From a virus (taxonomy: Duplodnaviria > Heunggongvirae > Uroviricota > Caudoviricetes), in the IMG/VR virus record IMGVR_UViG_2531839666_000024: a DNA stretch of 8,442 bases; one strand, given 5' to 3'. Each line of letters starts with the position of its first letter. The first letter of the stretch is position 1. Of the stretch, positions 7,525 to 8,442 are shown piece by piece. The position numbers and the translations under genes are program-made. The notes under the pieces were generated by a model that made no database searches, was not told the origin of the DNA, and saw nothing but the letters and a program-made list of their open reading frames with translations.

Positions 7525-8091
7525 TCAGGGGGATTCATTGCTCTTATTTGCCGGAAATTTTCTATAAATGGTAGAAACGCCTACATCAAAAATCAGTGCA
7601 ATACGCTGTCTTGATTCTCCGGCCTCGAGTAAACGCCCAATCTGTGCCCACTGTTCGGTGGTCAACTTAGGACGGCGTCCACCTACTCTGCCTTTGGCAC
7701 GAGCTGCAGCCAGCCCTGCCATGGTACGTTCAACTATCAGTTCGCGTTCCATTTCAGCCAGGGCCCCCATGACATGAAAAAAGAAACGGCCCATTGGGGT
7801 GCTGGTATCAATACTGTCAGTCAGGCTTCGGAAATTCACGCCACGCTGACGCAACTCTTCTATCAGCGTAACAAGATGCCGCATACTGCGCCCCAACCTG
7901 TCCAGCTTCCAGACAACCAGAGTGTCTCCTGCCGATAGTGTCCTGAGCAGTTTTTTAAGCCCCGGTCTGTCGGACTTAGTGCCACTGATTTTATCCTCAA
8001 AAATCCGCTCACATCCCGCGCAGTTCAGTGCATTACGTTGCAAATCGGTGTTCTGGTCATTTGTTGACACGCGTACATAGCCAATAAGCAT
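7525..8091 (-). CDS. Serine DNA invertase, Hin/Gin/Cin/Pin family
   Basis: The N-terminus MLIGYVRVSTNDQ contains the catalytic Ser. RPGL...GD.L.V.KLDRLGR and the C-terminal HTH (GVSTIYR) are family hallmarks. The start was chosen at the internal ATG (8089-8091) with SD AGGGGA and a 6-nt spacer; the ORF track extension to 8136 lacks an RBS and runs into the recombination site. Confidence 0.9.
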   Translation of the reverse strand: MLIGYVRVSTNDQNTDLQRNALNCAGCERIFEDKISGTKSDRPGLKKLLRTLSAGDTLVVWKLDRLGRSMRHLVTLIEELRQRGVNFRSLTDSIDTSTPMGRFFFHVMGALAEMERELIVERTMAGLAAARAKGRVGGRRPKLTTEQWAQIGRLLEAGESRQRIALIFDVGVSTIYRKFPANKSNESP

Positions 8092-8102
8092 GATCAATCC
8101 CC

Positions 8103-8128
8103 TGAATAAAAACCGTGGATGATGCCAG
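8103..8128. other. Candidate 26-bp invertase crossover site (gix/hix/pix-like) at the edge of an invertible segment
   Basis: tgaataaaaacc-gt-ggatgatgccag. The outer half matches the remembered hix/gix half-site consensus TTATCAAAAACC at 9 of 12 positions and the central CC-NN-GG is present, but the inner half is weak. It lies between the invertase start and the opening of the fiber reading frame. Confidence 0.4.
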
Positions 8129-8442
8129 TTAGCCATTATCTCTGCATTTTCATAAACGTTGGTTTGGGAGAAGGTTCGGCATTACCCGTTGGTGTGCCTG
8201 TTCCGTGGCCTTCCGCCACTCCGCCAACAGGCTGGCTGAAATGCAACGGTGCGGCTTTTTCTGCTGAAGAATACCCGGAACTGGCAAAGGCTTACCCGAC
8301 CAATAAATTGCCTGATTTACGCGGTGAATTTATTCGTGGCTGGGATGACGGTCGCGGGATTGATACTGGTCGCGCTTTGCTTAATAGGCAGCCACACACA
8401 ATTTTGGACCATGCACACTATATGGAATTATGGACAGGGGAC
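8110..8442 (+). CDS. Tail fiber C-terminal variable cassette, partial; probably the promoterless alternative copy in the silent orientation
   Basis: The frame opens immediately after a TAA at 8107-8109 and stays open to the window end. It encodes ...PVGVPVPWPSATPPTGWLKCNGAAFSAEEYPELAKAYPTNKLPDLRGEFIRGWDDGRGIDTGRALL..., a phage tail-collar/fiber-tip type motif. There is no convincing RBS before the in-frame ATGs at 8119/8122, and it is opposite in strand to the tail operon. Confidence 0.65.

Larger units (their letters stand above)
236..8442 (-). mobile_element. P2-like (Peduovirus-type) prophage late region: tail module plus ogr and fiber-inversion switch; only partly contained in window
   Basis: Canonical P2 gene order FI-FII-E/E'-T-U-D-ogr on one strand with 4-bp ATGA start/stop overlaps, a P2-type TTTTTTG frameshift site and a TGT-N12-ACA late promoter box. 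The right boundary is outside the window; the left boundary is inferred near 156-235. Confidence 0.85.

Noticed and set aside
8119-8124. In-frame ATG ATG that could make the fiber-like ORF an independently translated plus-strand gene (MMPVSH...)
   Set aside because: There is no usable Shine-Dalgarno at the right spacing and the frame opens only 10 nt upstream, directly at the candidate crossover site. This fits better with a promoterless cassette that is expressed only after inversion. It cannot be fully excluded without the sequence to the right.
8092-8136. N-terminal 15-codon extension of the invertase ORF (MANWHHPRFLFRGLI) given by the six-frame track
   Set aside because: Family members start at MLIGYVRVST. 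The internal ATG at 8091 has a good SD (AGGGGA, 6-nt spacer) whereas the upstream ATG has none and the extension would read through the putative crossover site.
1-8442. CRISPR arrays, tRNA/tmRNA genes, IS elements and toxin-antitoxin pairs
   Set aside because: No spaced direct repeats, no cloverleaf-compatible 70-90 nt segment in the non-coding left end, no terminal inverted repeats flanking a transposase-like ORF, and no small paired ORFs outside the tail operon were seen.

Overview
This window is the late/tail-gene end of a P2-like temperate myophage (probably a prophage). Almost everything is on the minus strand and tightly packed, in the canonical P2 order (read right to left): serine DNA invertase, FI (tail sheath), FII (tail tube), E and E+E' (tail chaperone made by a -1 frameshift), T (tape measure), U, D, ogr. 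The left ~235 bp are AT-richer and carry a strong plus-strand intrinsic terminator, probably the prophage/flank junction. At the right edge, a Hin/Gin/Pin-type invertase sits beside a candidate crossover site and a promoterless plus-strand tail-fiber C-terminal cassette, which is one end of an invertible host-range switch whose other end lies outside the window. I found no unexplained cargo or defence genes and no CRISPR or tRNA. The most noteworthy items are the E/E' recoding site, the fiber inversion switch sitting where P2 has Z/fun, a long tape measure with internal tandem repeats, and an Ogr-box late promoter. All protein identities rest on remembered family features and synteny; no database search was run.
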